A stretch of 64,000 nt of DNA from Spirochaetia bacterium (lineage in GTDB: Bacteria; Spirochaetota; Spirochaetia; UBA9216). Shown one piece after another: positions 9,876 to 20,806 of this stretch (within the stretch, counting starts at the first letter, position 1; each line of letters starts with the position of its first letter). Below the pieces are notes generated by a model. It saw only the letters and a list, made by a program, of their open reading frames with translations, ran no database searches and was not told where the DNA came from. The DNA lies in contig CAXXYH010000003.1 in assembly GCA_963677925.2 (NCBI GenBank), positions 160,001 to 224,000 of the forward strand, in the 5' to 3' direction. The translations under genes and the position numbers were made by a program.

Positions 9876-11183
9876 ATGAAAAGAATTTTAACCATATTAA
9901 CATTGATATCTTCCGTTTTATTGATTTATTCCTGTCCGGATAATCCGACTGGTATGTTTTACAGTCTTGAAGAAGAGATAGAAATAGCAAACGGTTCGCT
10001 TGATGATGCTCTTACTGTACGCTCAATGGGTAAATTCGGAACTGGAACTGATGAAACATACTTTGCTGCGGCAGGGAATTTATATTTCAAAAAAACAGAT
10101 GATATTGAATCAAGCGGAGTGGTTTGGAACTATGCAAAACCGCCGGGATCTACTGAATCTGAGAACTCAAATTATATAACCTACGAAGCTATTCTTTTAA
10201 ACGGTAAAATCTTTGCAGTTTATTATGATACAGACACCACAGAGCATCATCTGTACAGCTGTGAGGCCTCTTCCCTTTCTGCTGACTCTGTTTCGCTCTG
10301 GACCGAGGTTGATATAAACCAGCTCGATTCATCTGCAGGGGAATATGTAGTGAATATCGAGATTGCAGATACAACACCAAATCAGACCTTATTTATTTAC
10401 ACTATTACACCTAATGCAACTGTGGGCGGTTATTCGACTTCCGTCTACAATGTTTATTCTTATACAGCTCCTGTTCTTGATATTACTGCTGCAATGACGC
10501 TGACTGAGGAGCTGACTGAGATTACAAACGGCGGGACCTTTGATGTAGATGTTGAAAGTGACAATACATTCTGGTTAATTTCGGGTATAAGGCTTTATAC
10601 CGGAGCGACAGGCTCTCTTTCTGAAATATCTGATACTGCAGTTTTTGATGACACAGATGCAGGTACCGATGATGAAAAGATTTCAGATTTACTTCTGAAT
10701 CAGGGATACGGAGGTCTCGTATGTTATAATAACGGATCGACGGATTATATCTATCTTACATTAAAAGAAGGCTATATTTTAAGGTATGACGGCAGTTCAT
10801 GGACTGATGCATATAACACGGATATTTACAGCTCATCAGCCGATACTTATCCAGATCCGCTTGACCTTGATCTTTACGATGTTGAACTTGTTACTTTTGG
10901 TGATGAGAAAGTCCTGCTTTTCGGTACCAATTCAGGATATTATGAGCTTCAAATTGAATCTGCCGGCACAATGAATACAACTGCAGAGATTTTTTCACCG
11001 GAAGACTCAACTTCATTATTTTGTACTAAAACACATTACACTTCAATTGATTTATCGAATGCTGTAATAACTGATTTTTATTATGATTCTGATTATGACT
11101 ATCTCTTTGCATTGGGGTTTAACAACGGATTGTGGTTCAACTATGAGAGCTCAGACAGTTCAAGACTCTGGGCTGTTGAATAA
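9876..11183 (+). CDS. Acidic lipoprotein, probable beta-propeller
   Basis: Lipobox LLIYS-C; D/S/T/Y-rich; repeated short beta strands (GYILRYDGSSW, LLFGTNSGYY, GLW). Confidence 0.65.
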   Translation: MKRILTILTLISSVLLIYSCPDNPTGMFYSLEEEIEIANGSLDDALTVRSMGKFGTGTDETYFAAAGNLYFKKTDDIESSGVVWNYAKPPGSTESENSNYITYEAILLNGKIFAVYYDTDTTEHHLYSCEASSLSADSVSLWTEVDINQLDSSAGEYVVNIEIADTTPNQTLFIYTITPNATVGGYSTSVYNVYSYTAPVLDITAAMTLTEELTEITNGGTFDVDVESDNTFWLISGIRLYTGATGSLSEISDTAVFDDTDAGTDDEKISDLLLNQGYGGLVCYNNGSTDYIYLTLKEGYILRYDGSSWTDAYNTDIYSSSADTYPDPLDLDLYDVELVTFGDEKVLLFGTNSGYYELQIESAGTMNTTAEIFSPEDSTSLFCTKTHYTSIDLSNAVITDFYYDSDYDYLFALGFNNGLWFNYESSDSSRLWAVE

Positions 11184-11219
11184 TAGAATATTTAATCAGG
11201 CTATTTAACAGATGCTTTT

Positions 11220-11268
11220 AAAAAGTCATATCTAAATTACCAAATAGGTATTTTGATATGACTTTTTT
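11220..11268. terminator. Bidirectional intrinsic terminator between convergent genes
   Basis: AAAAAGTCATATC ... GATATGACTTTTT inverted repeat with an inner TACC/GGTA pair, A-tract before and T-tract after. Confidence 0.7.
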
Positions 11269-14200
11269 TAATAATCGTAATATTCATCAGCCCCGATATC
11301 ATATACCGGATTTACTCCAAGAACTCTATTCGGTCTTGATTCTCCATCGATATCAGCCTTGTTATTTATCAAATTTTCGAGATTATAACCGGAGTCAATA
11401 CATGGTGATTCCGGATTGAGCCGGTAGTTCCCGTCTTCATTAAAAATTAAATCAGTACCAATATTCCCTGATATATTACCGCTTGAAAAGGAACCGTCAA
11501 GAAGATCAAGTTCAATTAGATTTAAAGCAGCATTTATACCGGCAGTAAATGCAGACCAGCCATTAAAGCAGTTATTTTTAATGGAGAAATGGTTATCATT
11601 AAAATTATTTACAAAAATACCCTGATTTCCAGGCATCTCTATATCAAAAATATTATTTATATATTTTATATTACTGTTAACAGACTCATCAAACAGTACT
11701 TCAGCATCGATTGAATTAAGAACAAAGGTATTATTGAAAACTTCAATGTCAGATTCTTTATTTTTAAAGGCCAGAATATTATCGGTATCGCCAAAGTCAA
11801 ATATATTGGTTTCAAAACGATGTTTCCCATTAGCGGAATTAAAAAGATAAACGAAATCAGAAACACTGTTTCCTGTTTTAATTGTATTTCTATTAAAAGA
11901 GGACTGCCCTCCGGTGAGTTTAAATCCTACTATACTGTTTCCTGCGTCAGTTACAAAAGTAGATGCTGTAAGCTCTATACTCGAATCTACCGCTTCAACA
12001 ATATTGAAAAGTCTTACATCGGGATGGCTTTTTACTTTAATGTAGGTTGCTGTCAAATTGGAGTTTTCCGCATTGATTACAGAAGCCGAGACATCAGCTG
12101 AGACAATATTAAATTCTGCAGAGCGCAGATTCAGAAAACTTGAATCGGATCTTATACAGTTTAAATTTCTACCGCTTTCAGCAGTTATTTTTGATGAACT
12201 TAATACAAAATTTCCTGTGTTATTGATCCTTATAATATCAAAATTATTATTATCGCTTCCTCCGATTATGCTGCTGTTTACAATTTTCAATAAACCGTCT
12301 GATGAATCAATTATACTATCCTGCTGTGCCGTTGCTGATATAGACGAATTTATAATATTTACTTCACCGTAAAACTGTCTGATAAAAGATGACAATTTAA
12401 CTGCTGTAGTATTAAATTCGCAATCGTTAAAATTCAATGTCCCCTTATTCAGAAAAAAGACAGAATCAGTTAACTGTTCAATGTTTTCAGTTCTAATCTT
12501 CCTCAAATTTAAGGTGCCGCCGTAAATATAAAACAAAGGATTGGATCCTCGAAATACGTCACCTGTTTCAATAAGGCTTGTTCCTTTTTGCTCAAACCAG
12601 TTGTTACTGTTAAAACCACCGTAAATAGAGATATCTTCATCGATTATTACTGAAGAATTTAGAGTATAGATGCCTTCTGCAAGAAATATTGTTTTTCTGT
12701 CGGAATTTTTAAGCTGTTCAACTGCCCGGTTTAAAGTTTTAAAAGGATTGCTCCTTGTTCCGCTGGCATAATCCTTACCGTCCGGTGATACATATATGAT
12801 CTCTTTATCAATTGTAATCGACCATACTGCCGTATTTGATCTGTTACCGGCTCCGTCTTCGCTGAAGGCCATAATCATATAGGTCGAATAAGTTCCTGAT
12901 TCAGATGCAATACGGATAGGTTTTGTAAAAAGGCTGAATTCTTCAGAAGACGAATTTATATCAGTAATTGAATAAAATATTTTACGCTCATTAGATTCAA
13001 AACTAACGGTTTGATCATCCAGGTAATATTCACCATCGATAATTCCTGAAAGCCCCGGGGGCAGCGGTGCTTTCTTATCAATACTGAATCGAATTGTTTG
13101 CTGTTTTCCACCGGTTATATCATCTTTATTCTGGAATTCTTTAAATTTTACAGAATAATTAATAGTTTCACCATCTGCTGCGCTGAAAACAAGTTTATCG
13201 GGCATTTCCGGACTGAATACTGTTACTTCAGGAACGTTGAAATCTTCTGTAGATATTTCATAACGTATAAATGCTCCGTCTGTTACACGCCTTGCATTAA
13301 CATCACTGTTATATGAAGCATTGTTTTCAATTCCATTTACAATTACGCCCTCGTTATTAAATGGCAGAAAAATATTCTGACTGCGTATATCGCTGAAATT
13401 CCCGCCTGAATCAGTTTTTAAGTACTCAATATGAATACTTTCAAGATCCTTATCGAATTTAAATGTTATAGGGTAAATAAAATCTGTAAACTCTTCATCT
13501 ATTTCAGGTATTCTGAATTTCAAAGAATCTGATCCGGTATTCCAACCCAACAGAATACGTGATTTACTATGGTTGAATTCAATAAACGGCAAAATATTAT
13601 TTACAGGTTTTTTCTGATCAATTTTAAAACTTAAAAATTTAGTTTCACGGCTTAGATTACCGGCAGAATCCGAGGTTTTAATTTTCACATAGAGATTTTT
13701 TTCAATTCCCGGTTCTCCGTTTACAATAAGATTATCTGTGAAAAACTTTGAACCGATTCCCGGCTCTACTGGGATTTCCGGACTCTCTGTTATTTCATAA
13801 TAGTATTTCCGGGAACCGTCCGGATTGTATGCTGAGATTACAAATGAATCAGTGAAGTCCGATACTGATTCTGTAAGGATTGAACTATTATCCGGGACCT
13901 TTTTATCGATCGTAAAACTGAATAGCTCATCATTAATGCTGCGGTTACCTGCGGCATCTTCAGAACCTATGACTATATTAAATGTTTTTTCACTGCCGTC
14001 ATCAACATCAAAAACAACAGGCTTATTAAATATAAAAGAATTATCATCAAAAGGACTGCCCGGTATTTCCTGTCCTTCTCTGAAAGACATAAAAACTGTT
14101 GAGTTATCATCAATCAGCGGATTTAGCATAACCTGATAATTGACGGTCATACCGTTTCTTATACCGATAAGTTCAGGAATCTCTGGATTCTTATTGTCAA

Positions 14201-16349
14201 TAACAAAACTGAAATTTTTAAAGTCTGATGTTTTTCCTGTGTTTTTATTTTTTGAAAAAACTTCAAGATAATATTCAAGAAGGGTATTCGGCTCACCTTC
14301 AATTCTAATATTATTTGAAGTTTTTACAGGACCTGTTGTCGAAGTTTTTCCTTCTTCATCAGTCAATGTAAGATAATAAAATAATTCATCATTAAGATTT
14401 TGTGGAAAAACTTTAAACTCAACGAAATCGCCGCTGTATATATTCTGGTTTGTATCATTCCTGCTGAAAAGAGGTTCCCCGGGGATGATGCTTGTCTCAG
14501 GTATGTATAGATAAGAAAGATCGCTTTTATTTCCAAAAGAATCAAAAGATTCAATATTAAATTTAAGAACAGAATTATTCCCCGGCAAATCAGGCACATT
14601 GAACGGACCTTCATACCTGGAAGAATCTTTACTAATCAGAAGCCCTTCTCTGTACACTTCGAAACTATAGAAAGTATCAGCAGTCTCCGTATTTATTGTA
14701 ATTTTATTATCGGTAATTAAAAGTTCAGGTTTTGAAGGCGCTTTGCGATCAGCATGTATTTTAAATATTTCAGTCTCATCAGATTTGTTTCCGGCCTCAT
14801 CTATCTGTATAAACTGAATATAAAAATCACTCTCATAACCTTCAGGAACATCAAGGATAAAATCGGACAAAACTGCAGGAGCATAACTTATATCAGAAAG
14901 ATCACTGTTTGAAGAAATTCTGTATTTAAGTTGTGCCCCCGGCTCTGTTTCTGCAGTTAATTTATATGTGTTTGATTGTTGATCATGGATAATATCAACA
15001 ATTGGAATTTCAGGTTTCTGTGTATCATAAGTAATAATATTTGAAATTATTCTGCTGGATTTACCATTAAGTGAAATAGTTCTCGATTTAAGGATAAATG
15101 AACCGGCGTTACGGTTTTCAGGAGCTGAAAGTGTAAAAGGTTTGGTATATTCAGTGGATCCTGAGCCGGGATTTGAACCGTCAAGAGTATAATAGATATT
15201 TGAGTAGTCCGGACCGAACATTGATACTTCAACCTTACCGTTAAAAGGAAGGTCCTGATCAAGCTGAATAATCGGATTAGCAGGTTTACGGTCATCAAAA
15301 ATATAAAAATACCTGAATTCACTCTGCTCGGCATCATTCACATTTCGAAGTCTAAGCGTTGAATATTTAACCCCGCCTGCCACTGGATTCAGTAAAAGCT
15401 CATGGTTAAAATCCAAATCCTTTTCATCCGGGCTTCTTTCTTCGATACAGTACTTATAGGTTTCAAATTCATTTAATATTCTTATAGCTGATGAATAAAT
15501 ACCGCTTTCAGGTATATTTTTAAGAGGAGCTCTTGTTGTAACCCTGTAATTCACCTCGTCATATAGTATTTTTTCAGAGCCCTGAAGCTTTCCGGCTACT
15601 TTAAGAGTAATATTTCCATAGCGCCTTATTTCTACAGGCATATAATATTCAATACCGTCTTCAACCGGATCATTCATATTAAGAGTGTATTTAATCCAGT
15701 CAAAACCTGTTTTATCGATAAACAGAAGCTGAGTATTCGCGAATTCCCCTTCAACCGGACTTTTTATATCAATCAGGTTAACCTTTCTGCGGATTGCTGC
15801 TTCATCAATTTTGTGTATGGAATAATCGCTTACATTTCCTGCACTGTCACGTGAGAAAGCATAAACAATAGTTGAATCTGAGGCTGTAACATAGTCACCT
15901 TCAAATTTAACCGGATCAGGATTCTTAATATTATCGAAACCATAGAAAGTATCAGAGCCTGATTCGCTTTTAAAATAGATTTTCTTTTGTCCGGTTTCAA
16001 AATCATTCTCGACTCTAATTTCAGGCTTAACCGGAACTTTCCTGTCAATTTTATAATTAAAGGTAAGTTTCTTATTATCATAATTAAAAATGATCCGGTA
16101 CTCACGTTCTTCACCGGGAAGTGCTGAAAGAACAATGCCGCCTGGAAAATCCAGAAAATCAGAGTCTTCACTGTTATCAAAGCTGTACAAGACGTTTTTA
16201 ACACTATCACTGTTCAGCCTGATTATAATATTCTGATTATATATCCCCGGTGCCGGCTCAATTGATAAATCCGGTGCTGTCTGTGCATAAATAAACAGAG
16301 GGAGAAACAGATATAACAGTGTTAAAATAGCTGATTTATTTTTTTTCAA
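11268..16349 (-). CDS. Large secreted protein (~1690 aa): tandem Ig/Fn3-associated repeats, DUF1565-like motif, beta-helix and choice-of-anchor-Q-like C-terminus
   Basis: Signal peptide from TTG 16349; repeated D.K.P..P / D.AGN.S and YYTLDGSNP motifs; IYVSPDGKD..SGT.SNPFKTLNRA; YRLNPESPCIDSG...DIDGESRP...DIGADEY. Confidence 0.75.
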   Translation of the reverse strand: MKKNKSAILTLLYLFLPLFIYAQTAPDLSIEPAPGIYNQNIIIRLNSDSVKNVLYSFDNSEDSDFLDFPGGIVLSALPGEEREYRIIFNYDNKKLTFNYKIDRKVPVKPEIRVENDFETGQKKIYFKSESGSDTFYGFDNIKNPDPVKFEGDYVTASDSTIVYAFSRDSAGNVSDYSIHKIDEAAIRRKVNLIDIKSPVEGEFANTQLLFIDKTGFDWIKYTLNMNDPVEDGIEYYMPVEIRRYGNITLKVAGKLQGSEKILYDEVNYRVTTRAPLKNIPESGIYSSAIRILNEFETYKYCIEERSPDEKDLDFNHELLLNPVAGGVKYSTLRLRNVNDAEQSEFRYFYIFDDRKPANPIIQLDQDLPFNGKVEVSMFGPDYSNIYYTLDGSNPGSGSTEYTKPFTLSAPENRNAGSFILKSRTISLNGKSSRIISNIITYDTQKPEIPIVDIIHDQQSNTYKLTAETEPGAQLKYRISSNSDLSDISYAPAVLSDFILDVPEGYESDFYIQFIQIDEAGNKSDETEIFKIHADRKAPSKPELLITDNKITINTETADTFYSFEVYREGLLISKDSSRYEGPFNVPDLPGNNSVLKFNIESFDSFGNKSDLSYLYIPETSIIPGEPLFSRNDTNQNIYSGDFVEFKVFPQNLNDELFYYLTLTDEEGKTSTTGPVKTSNNIRIEGEPNTLLEYYLEVFSKNKNTGKTSDFKNFSFVIDNKNPEIPELIGIRNGMTVNYQVMLNPLIDDNSTVFMSFREGQEIPGSPFDDNSFIFNKPVVFDVDDGSEKTFNIVIGSEDAAGNRSINDELFSFTIDKKVPDNSSILTESVSDFTDSFVISAYNPDGSRKYYYEITESPEIPVEPGIGSKFFTDNLIVNGEPGIEKNLYVKIKTSDSAGNLSRETKFLSFKIDQKKPVNNILPFIEFNHSKSRILLGWNTGSDSLKFRIPEIDEEFTDFIYPITFKFDKDLESIHIEYLKTDSGGNFSDIRSQNIFLPFNNEGVIVNGIENNASYNSDVNARRVTDGAFIRYEISTEDFNVPEVTVFSPEMPDKLVFSAADGETINYSVKFKEFQNKDDITGGKQQTIRFSIDKKAPLPPGLSGIIDGEYYLDDQTVSFESNERKIFYSITDINSSSEEFSLFTKPIRIASESGTYSTYMIMAFSEDGAGNRSNTAVWSITIDKEIIYVSPDGKDYASGTRSNPFKTLNRAVEQLKNSDRKTIFLAEGIYTLNSSVIIDEDISIYGGFNSNNWFEQKGTSLIETGDVFRGSNPLFYIYGGTLNLRKIRTENIEQLTDSVFFLNKGTLNFNDCEFNTTAVKLSSFIRQFYGEVNIINSSISATAQQDSIIDSSDGLLKIVNSSIIGGSDNNNFDIIRINNTGNFVLSSSKITAESGRNLNCIRSDSSFLNLRSAEFNIVSADVSASVINAENSNLTATYIKVKSHPDVRLFNIVEAVDSSIELTASTFVTDAGNSIVGFKLTGGQSSFNRNTIKTGNSVSDFVYLFNSANGKHRFETNIFDFGDTDNILAFKNKESDIEVFNNTFVLNSIDAEVLFDESVNSNIKYINNIFDIEMPGNQGIFVNNFNDNHFSIKNNCFNGWSAFTAGINAALNLIELDLLDGSFSSGNISGNIGTDLIFNEDGNYRLNPESPCIDSGYNLENLINNKADIDGESRPNRVLGVNPVYDIGADEYYDY

Positions 16350-16950
16350 AAATATCCAGTGCCTCTCTAAGCTCTTCATCATTGTTAAAATAATACTTTT
16401 CAAGCTCTTCATGTTTAAGCCCAATCAATTCATGGCTCATATAATGAATCCAGAGGTCTTCCTCCGGGCTTTTAATTAAATGTTTTCGGCAATAATAATC
16501 AGGCTGAAATTCATTCTGCTCCGGTTTGTATTCAAAGAATTTATAATCATGAACAGCAATTTTAAGATCTTTTCGCGGAACACCTCTCTGCAGTATTTTA
16601 TCTGCAAGAAAGTTAATTGTTTTTCCGGAATCATAAATATCATCAACAAGCAGAATTTTATCTCCCTGTCTTAGATATTCCGGGTTGTAAGTCCAACCGT
16701 CAATACGGACTTCATCATGATTATGTATGTCAGTATAGGAACGTGCTACCACAGCAGCGTATAGAACGGGACTGTCGGCTCGTACAACTTTAAAATATTC
16801 GCTGATTAGATTTCCTATATATGCCCCACCCCTCAGTGAAACATATATCACATCGGGAATAAATCCGTCTTTATGAATTTTATGTGCGAGTTTTATGGCG
16901 TTATTTCTTACCATGTTGTATTCAAGAAAGTTTTTGGACATAATCTCCAT
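16336..16950 (-). CDS. Type I phosphoribosyltransferase (purine PRT-like)
   Basis: SLRGG loop and PRPP-binding motif ILLVDDIYDSGKT. Confidence 0.85.
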   Translation of the reverse strand: MEIMSKNFLEYNMVRNNAIKLAHKIHKDGFIPDVIYVSLRGGAYIGNLISEYFKVVRADSPVLYAAVVARSYTDIHNHDEVRIDGWTYNPEYLRQGDKILLVDDIYDSGKTINFLADKILQRGVPRKDLKIAVHDYKFFEYKPEQNEFQPDYYCRKHLIKSPEEDLWIHYMSHELIGLKHEELEKYYFNNDEELREALDIFEKK

Positions 16951-16953
16951 CCT

Positions 16954-18411
16954 CTAGCGTATAAGTTCTATCTCAACTTGTTTACTGTTTCTCAGAACTT
17001 TTATTAAATAGCTGCTGTTCTTTTTATCGTTAAGAGCAGTGAAAAAATCCATCATATTATTAATTTTCATACCGCTGATTTCTGTTATTATATCATAATC
17101 CTTAAGTCCCGATTCAGCAGCACGGGTTTTGGGTTCGACGGCAATGATTACTCCATGCAATGAATCAGCCAGACCTGCTTCTTTTTTCAGTCCCTCATCA
17201 AGAGTTCTGCCTGAAAGACCCGGCCAGATTTTACCATACAAAGACGTCAGTTCTGCACGATCAGCCCTATTACCGATAGTAACCGGGATATTCATTATTT
17301 TACCCTCTCTGATTAACTTAACTTCAATCCTTGCACCCGCTCTGACATCACCTACCAACCTTGTAAACTGCATATAATCAGAAATTTCAGTATTATTAAG
17401 CTTTATAATAAAATCTCCCGGAAGCAAACCGGCCTTGTCGGCAGGACTGTCTTCATAAAGATTATATATAAGGGCCCCTTTTTGAGCTTCAATCCCGAGA
17501 TCTATTGCTGTCTGTTCATCAGGGTTTGTTATACTTACACCAAGCCATCCATATTTGACTTCACCGGATTCTATAAAATCGTCTACGGCATTTTTAACAT
17601 TATCAACAGGAATGGCGAATCCAAGACCGATGCTCACACCGTTCGGAGTAGCAATCCAGGTATTTATTCCGACAACCTCACCGTCAAGATTTACAAGAGC
17701 CCCTCCGGAGTTGCCCTGATTGATCGACGCATCTGTCTGGATAAAATCACTGATGTTATCGGAAGGCCCGTTTCTACCAATCGCACTTACAATACCGGCT
17801 GTAACTGTTGATTCATATCCAAGAGGATTTCCGACTGCAAGAACCCAGTCTCCAACTCTAAGTTCATCTGAAGAACCCAGGACAGCCACATCAAGGTCGG
17901 CCTCATTCACAAACGAAACCATGGCCAGATCTTTTCTTTCATCGCGACCTACAATTTCTGCCGTATAGCTTTCACCCTTGTATAGTTTAACTGAAATACT
18001 GTCCGCCTGTCCAATTACATGATTATTGGTTAAAACGTAATATGTATTTTCATCACGGCCGACAATAACCCCGGATCCCAGACCTTCGGATTCAAATTCT
18101 TCAATCCTTGGGGCTTCATCCCCGGTTTCATCATCGGGTTCTATAAAATTAAAAGGCCAGGTATAACCTTCAGGCATTTCCTGCTGGATAACTTCAGTTG
18201 TAGTTATTTCAACTACGACAGGAAGCACTTTTTCTGATACAGCCCTGAAAGTATACTGCATATCGATTAAATCTGTTTTAGAAGCCTTAACTTCACCAGG
18301 TTTAAAAATTCTGCTGCCTGAAAAATAATTACCGGTAACTGTACCTGCAAATACAGCAATAAAAAAGATTATCAGGGTTAAAGTTTTGCTCTTAAATTTA
18401 TTTGCGGACAT
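16954..18411 (-). CDS. htrA: HtrA/DegP (Do family) serine endoprotease with two PDZ domains
   Basis: GLGSG, TNNHV, DLA, FIQTDASINQGNSGGAL; two PDZ domains. Confidence 0.93.
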   Translation of the reverse strand: MSANKFKSKTLTLIIFFIAVFAGTVTGNYFSGSRIFKPGEVKASKTDLIDMQYTFRAVSEKVLPVVVEITTTEVIQQEMPEGYTWPFNFIEPDDETGDEAPRIEEFESEGLGSGVIVGRDENTYYVLTNNHVIGQADSISVKLYKGESYTAEIVGRDERKDLAMVSFVNEADLDVAVLGSSDELRVGDWVLAVGNPLGYESTVTAGIVSAIGRNGPSDNISDFIQTDASINQGNSGGALVNLDGEVVGINTWIATPNGVSIGLGFAIPVDNVKNAVDDFIESGEVKYGWLGVSITNPDEQTAIDLGIEAQKGALIYNLYEDSPADKAGLLPGDFIIKLNNTEISDYMQFTRLVGDVRAGARIEVKLIREGKIMNIPVTIGNRADRAELTSLYGKIWPGLSGRTLDEGLKKEAGLADSLHGVIIAVEPKTRAAESGLKDYDIITEISGMKINNMMDFFTALNDKKNSSYLIKVLRNSKQVEIELIR

Positions 18412-18423
18412 TTAAACTCCGTT

Positions 18424-19173
18424 TTAATCTGCAATAGTAAGGATTTCTGTATGATCTTCAAATACGGCTACAGTATGTTCAAAATGAGCTGATATACTGT
18501 GATCTGATGTAATTACAGTCCACTCATCTTCAAGAATTTCTATCTCATCTCCGCCGAGGTTAATCATCGGTTCGATGGCAAGTACCATTCCTTTTTTTAT
18601 TCTCGGATTGGGACCCGGATGAACATAATTGGGAATCTGCGGGGATTCATGCAGACCAAGACCGACACCATGTCCGCAAAATTCACGCACTACACCGTAT
18701 CCCTGATTTTTTGCAACGTTGAAAACGGCCCCGGATATATCCTTAATTCGCCCACCGGCCTTACAGGCATCAATTCCCTTATAAAGCGCATTACGTGTGG
18801 TCTCCATTAGCTTTTCAGCATCAGAGCTGACAGTTCCCACCGGAAGTGTCATTGCTGCATCAGATATGTATCCTTTAAGATCGATTCCAAGATCGAGACT
18901 TACTACATCACCTTTTTTAAGTCTTCGTTTACCGGGAATCCCATGAATCACTTCCTCATTAACACTTATGCAGATTGAAGCTGGAAAGCCCTGATAATTC
19001 AAAAATGCGGGGATAGCCCCCCTTTTGGTAATTTCACTATAACAGAGACTGTCAATTTCCTTGGTTGTAACACCCTCAACTACAGCTTCCTGTATAATTT
19101 TATATACCTCTGCAAGCATTTTACAGGATTCTCTAATTCTGTTTATCTGTTCATCATTCTTTAATCTAATCAT
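18424..19173 (-). CDS. map: Methionine aminopeptidase type I
   Basis: CISVNEEVIHGIP, SLDLG, SDAA, GHGVG..LHE.P, AIEPM, SAHFEHT. Confidence 0.95.
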   Translation of the reverse strand: MIRLKNDEQINRIRESCKMLAEVYKIIQEAVVEGVTTKEIDSLCYSEITKRGAIPAFLNYQGFPASICISVNEEVIHGIPGKRRLKKGDVVSLDLGIDLKGYISDAAMTLPVGTVSSDAEKLMETTRNALYKGIDACKAGGRIKDISGAVFNVAKNQGYGVVREFCGHGVGLGLHESPQIPNYVHPGPNPRIKKGMVLAIEPMINLGGDEIEILEDEWTVITSDHSISAHFEHTVAVFEDHTEILTIAD

Positions 19174-20806
19174 AATATTCCGTTTCTATTTTATTTTTTA
19201 ACAGATCCGCTTTCAGATAGCTTTTATCAAGTTTTTCAATATAGCCAAGCTGCTTTAAAGCATTCTCTGTCTGTTTAAGATTATAATATGTTTCAGCTGT
19301 TTTGAAGTAGATTTTAATAAGATTATCTTTATCAATATTTTTCAGAGTAGATGCATATTTTAAATTTTCAATTGCAGCGGTATTATCACCGTTTAAGGCC
19401 TGGATAACCGCCTTATTATACATACTCAAAGCATCCCGGCTGCTGATATTATTAATGACTGAATAAGCATCACTAAAATCACCGTTGAGTATACTCAGTA
19501 CTGCTTTATAATTCAGGTATACATTCTCTGAAGCCGGGCGGTAATTTTTTGAAAATGAATCAACAAGCTCAGACGCTTCTGCTAAATTTCTGATTTTCAA
19601 TAGAAAATTATAAAAATAAATAAAGACTTTCTCATTACCCTTATCAATATTAAAAATATTCCATAAATTACCGGTGATAAATTCGGCAGACCTTCCTTTT
19701 GAACTGTTTATAAGATACATCAGCTGTATTTCAGGATCATTTGAATATAAGTCCATCAGCTTAGCTGTAATTTCAGATACCTCAGTTACATTTTTGCTAT
19801 ATTCAGGAGATTTAAGAGCTTCTACGAGCAGATCTTTATTGTCCGGAAAGTATTTCAATCCCTGTTTCAAATACTCAAAACCGGTTCCCGCTTTATTCAT
19901 TTTAAAGAGATTATAATACGGTACTGCTGAATAATCCGGCGAACTCTCGATAATATGACGATATAGTGCTGATGCTTTATCATTCATCCCTGACTGCATG
20001 TAAATATCAGCTCTGAACATCTGCATTTTGTCTGAAGAGTAAAAGGGGTCATCACTTTTCAACTCGTTAATCAAAGATGCTGCCTTATTATAATTTCCCA
20101 TATCGTATGCAAGAAATGTTCTTACTTCTGTAAAATATTCAGCGTCAATATCTTTAAGATAAGAGTCTGCAGATTGAAAATCGCCTGATTGAGCCTTGAG
20201 CAAAGCAAGATCCAGCAATATTTTTCTGTCATATTTCAGAATACCGGACTCAGATAAATCATTTTCAGATATATCTGTTAATTCTGAATATAGAAGCAGC
20301 TGCTGCCATTGGTTAAGTTTCTTTTTAAGTTTTTTATCATTCAGCTTTTCTGGATAGTCCAAATTAGCAATCAAATACAATTCAAAAAATCCGGAATATT
20401 TAAGATCCTGAAGATACTGTTCGGGGATGCTTTTTTCATAATTTAATTTTGTATCTATAAAAGCAAGAATTGCCTTTATATCTATGCTATTAGGGAATTT
20501 GTTATTTAAGTTAACAGCCAGCTTCTTATAAAAATTCAAATCAGAAGTATTTCGGTAAATAATATCTGCTCTTTTTAATGCACTTAAACCTTGTTTTGAC
20601 GTTTTTACCTGAACAGCATAATCTAGAAGGAGACGCTGTGCTTCGGAATAAAAACCTGAAGAAAGATCAAGGTCAATCTCATTAATCAGAGCATTTACAT
20701 CATTCTCTGTATTTGATTTTAATTCAATTACTACGATAACTGCCAGTACAGATGCAGTTAAAACAAGAGCCGCAAGAATTACATATAATAACTTTTCAGT
20801 CTTCAT
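19166..20806 (-). CDS. Membrane-anchored TPR-repeat protein
   Basis: N-terminal TM; TPR-like helical repeats (YDMGNYNKAA, ALNGDNTAAIENL). Confidence 0.7.
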   Translation of the reverse strand: MKTEKLLYVILAALVLTASVLAVIVVIELKSNTENDVNALINEIDLDLSSGFYSEAQRLLLDYAVQVKTSKQGLSALKRADIIYRNTSDLNFYKKLAVNLNNKFPNSIDIKAILAFIDTKLNYEKSIPEQYLQDLKYSGFFELYLIANLDYPEKLNDKKLKKKLNQWQQLLLYSELTDISENDLSESGILKYDRKILLDLALLKAQSGDFQSADSYLKDIDAEYFTEVRTFLAYDMGNYNKAASLINELKSDDPFYSSDKMQMFRADIYMQSGMNDKASALYRHIIESSPDYSAVPYYNLFKMNKAGTGFEYLKQGLKYFPDNKDLLVEALKSPEYSKNVTEVSEITAKLMDLYSNDPEIQLMYLINSSKGRSAEFITGNLWNIFNIDKGNEKVFIYFYNFLLKIRNLAEASELVDSFSKNYRPASENVYLNYKAVLSILNGDFSDAYSVINNISSRDALSMYNKAVIQALNGDNTAAIENLKYASTLKNIDKDNLIKIYFKTAETYYNLKQTENALKQLGYIEKLDKSYLKADLLKNKIETEYYD

